A stretch of 64,000 nucleotides of DNA from Firmicutes bacterium UBA3738 (GTDB lineage Bacteria; Bacillota; Clostridia; Peptostreptococcales; Anaerovoracaceae): positions 28,322 through 92,321 of the forward strand of contig DFGY01000062.1 in the NCBI GenBank assembly GCA_002372505.1, written 5' to 3'. The notes under the pieces were generated by a model, which saw only the letters and a program-made list of their open reading frames with translations, searched no databases and was not told where the DNA came from. Position 1 is the first letter of the stretch. The number at the start of each line of letters is the position of its first letter. Positions 63,915-64,000 of the stretch are shown piece by piece. The position numbers were made by a program, and so were the translations under genes.

Positions 63915-64000
63915 TCTACTCACCCCCTTTTTAATACTTATATTCCCTATTGTAGAAATATAACAAACTCTGTCACTTGAAATCATTTCGCGAAACAGTA

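Noticed and set aside
1-64000. Search for an integrase, transposase or recombinase to explain the att repeats
   Set aside because: No ORF in the track shows tyrosine-recombinase (R..HxxR..Y), serine-recombinase or DDE features. The GIY-YIG protein at 62428 is the small UPF0213 type and lies far from the array.

Overview
64-kb chromosomal segment from a Gram-positive anaerobe; gene content looks Clostridia/Lachnospiraceae-like, which is an inference. It has five parts. (1) 0.5-15.7 kb holds a 1785-aa surface protein, an AlkA-type glycosylase, an 84-bp tandem hairpin repeat array, the housekeeping block tyrS-upp-rpiB-tsaC, and secreted lysine-rich proteins, two of them paralogous K/Y-rich repeat proteins. 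(2) 16.1-27.6 kb is a visibly lower-GC accessory island. Hand counts of single 60-nt lines give 20/60 G+C at 21541 versus 33/60 at 8281. Five promoters in it share one palindrome, TGCTCAA-N4-TTGAGCA, placed 8-10 nt upstream of the -10 box. The island encodes a WYL-type regulator, a HipA-like kinase with no HipB partner, a very AT-rich 411-aa unknown, a two-module AAA+ ATPase, three small Cys-rich proteins and a four-gene operon ending in a PcfJ-like protein. This is my best candidate for an undescribed, probably defence- or mobile-element-related, co-regulated system. (3) 27.6-44.5 kb carries an intact tRNA-Pro(GGG) at 44395-44471 plus four partial copies of its 3' half. Each copy sits next to 10-bp arm-type direct repeats. 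Together they divide the region into integrase-less cassettes: SWIM + AAA_14/DUF4143 ATPase, a membrane protein + clostripain-like protease, a 1-kb zeta-toxin TA islet, and an ABC importer/exporter cluster. (4) 44.47-45.02 kb is an ORF-free, purine-rich, hairpin-rich region with its own promoter directly upstream of the tRNA, a candidate large ncRNA. (5) 45-64 kb is core-like: acyl-CoA synthetase + E2-like acyltransferase, FHA-SEDS + bPBP, DUF3048, TSCPD, S8 protease, patatin, ECF-S/MocR, GntR, NlpC/P60-G5 hydrolase and GIY-YIG. No rRNA, CRISPR array, transposase or integrase gene was seen. All calls come from reading the sequence and the supplied ORF translations; no database searches were run.
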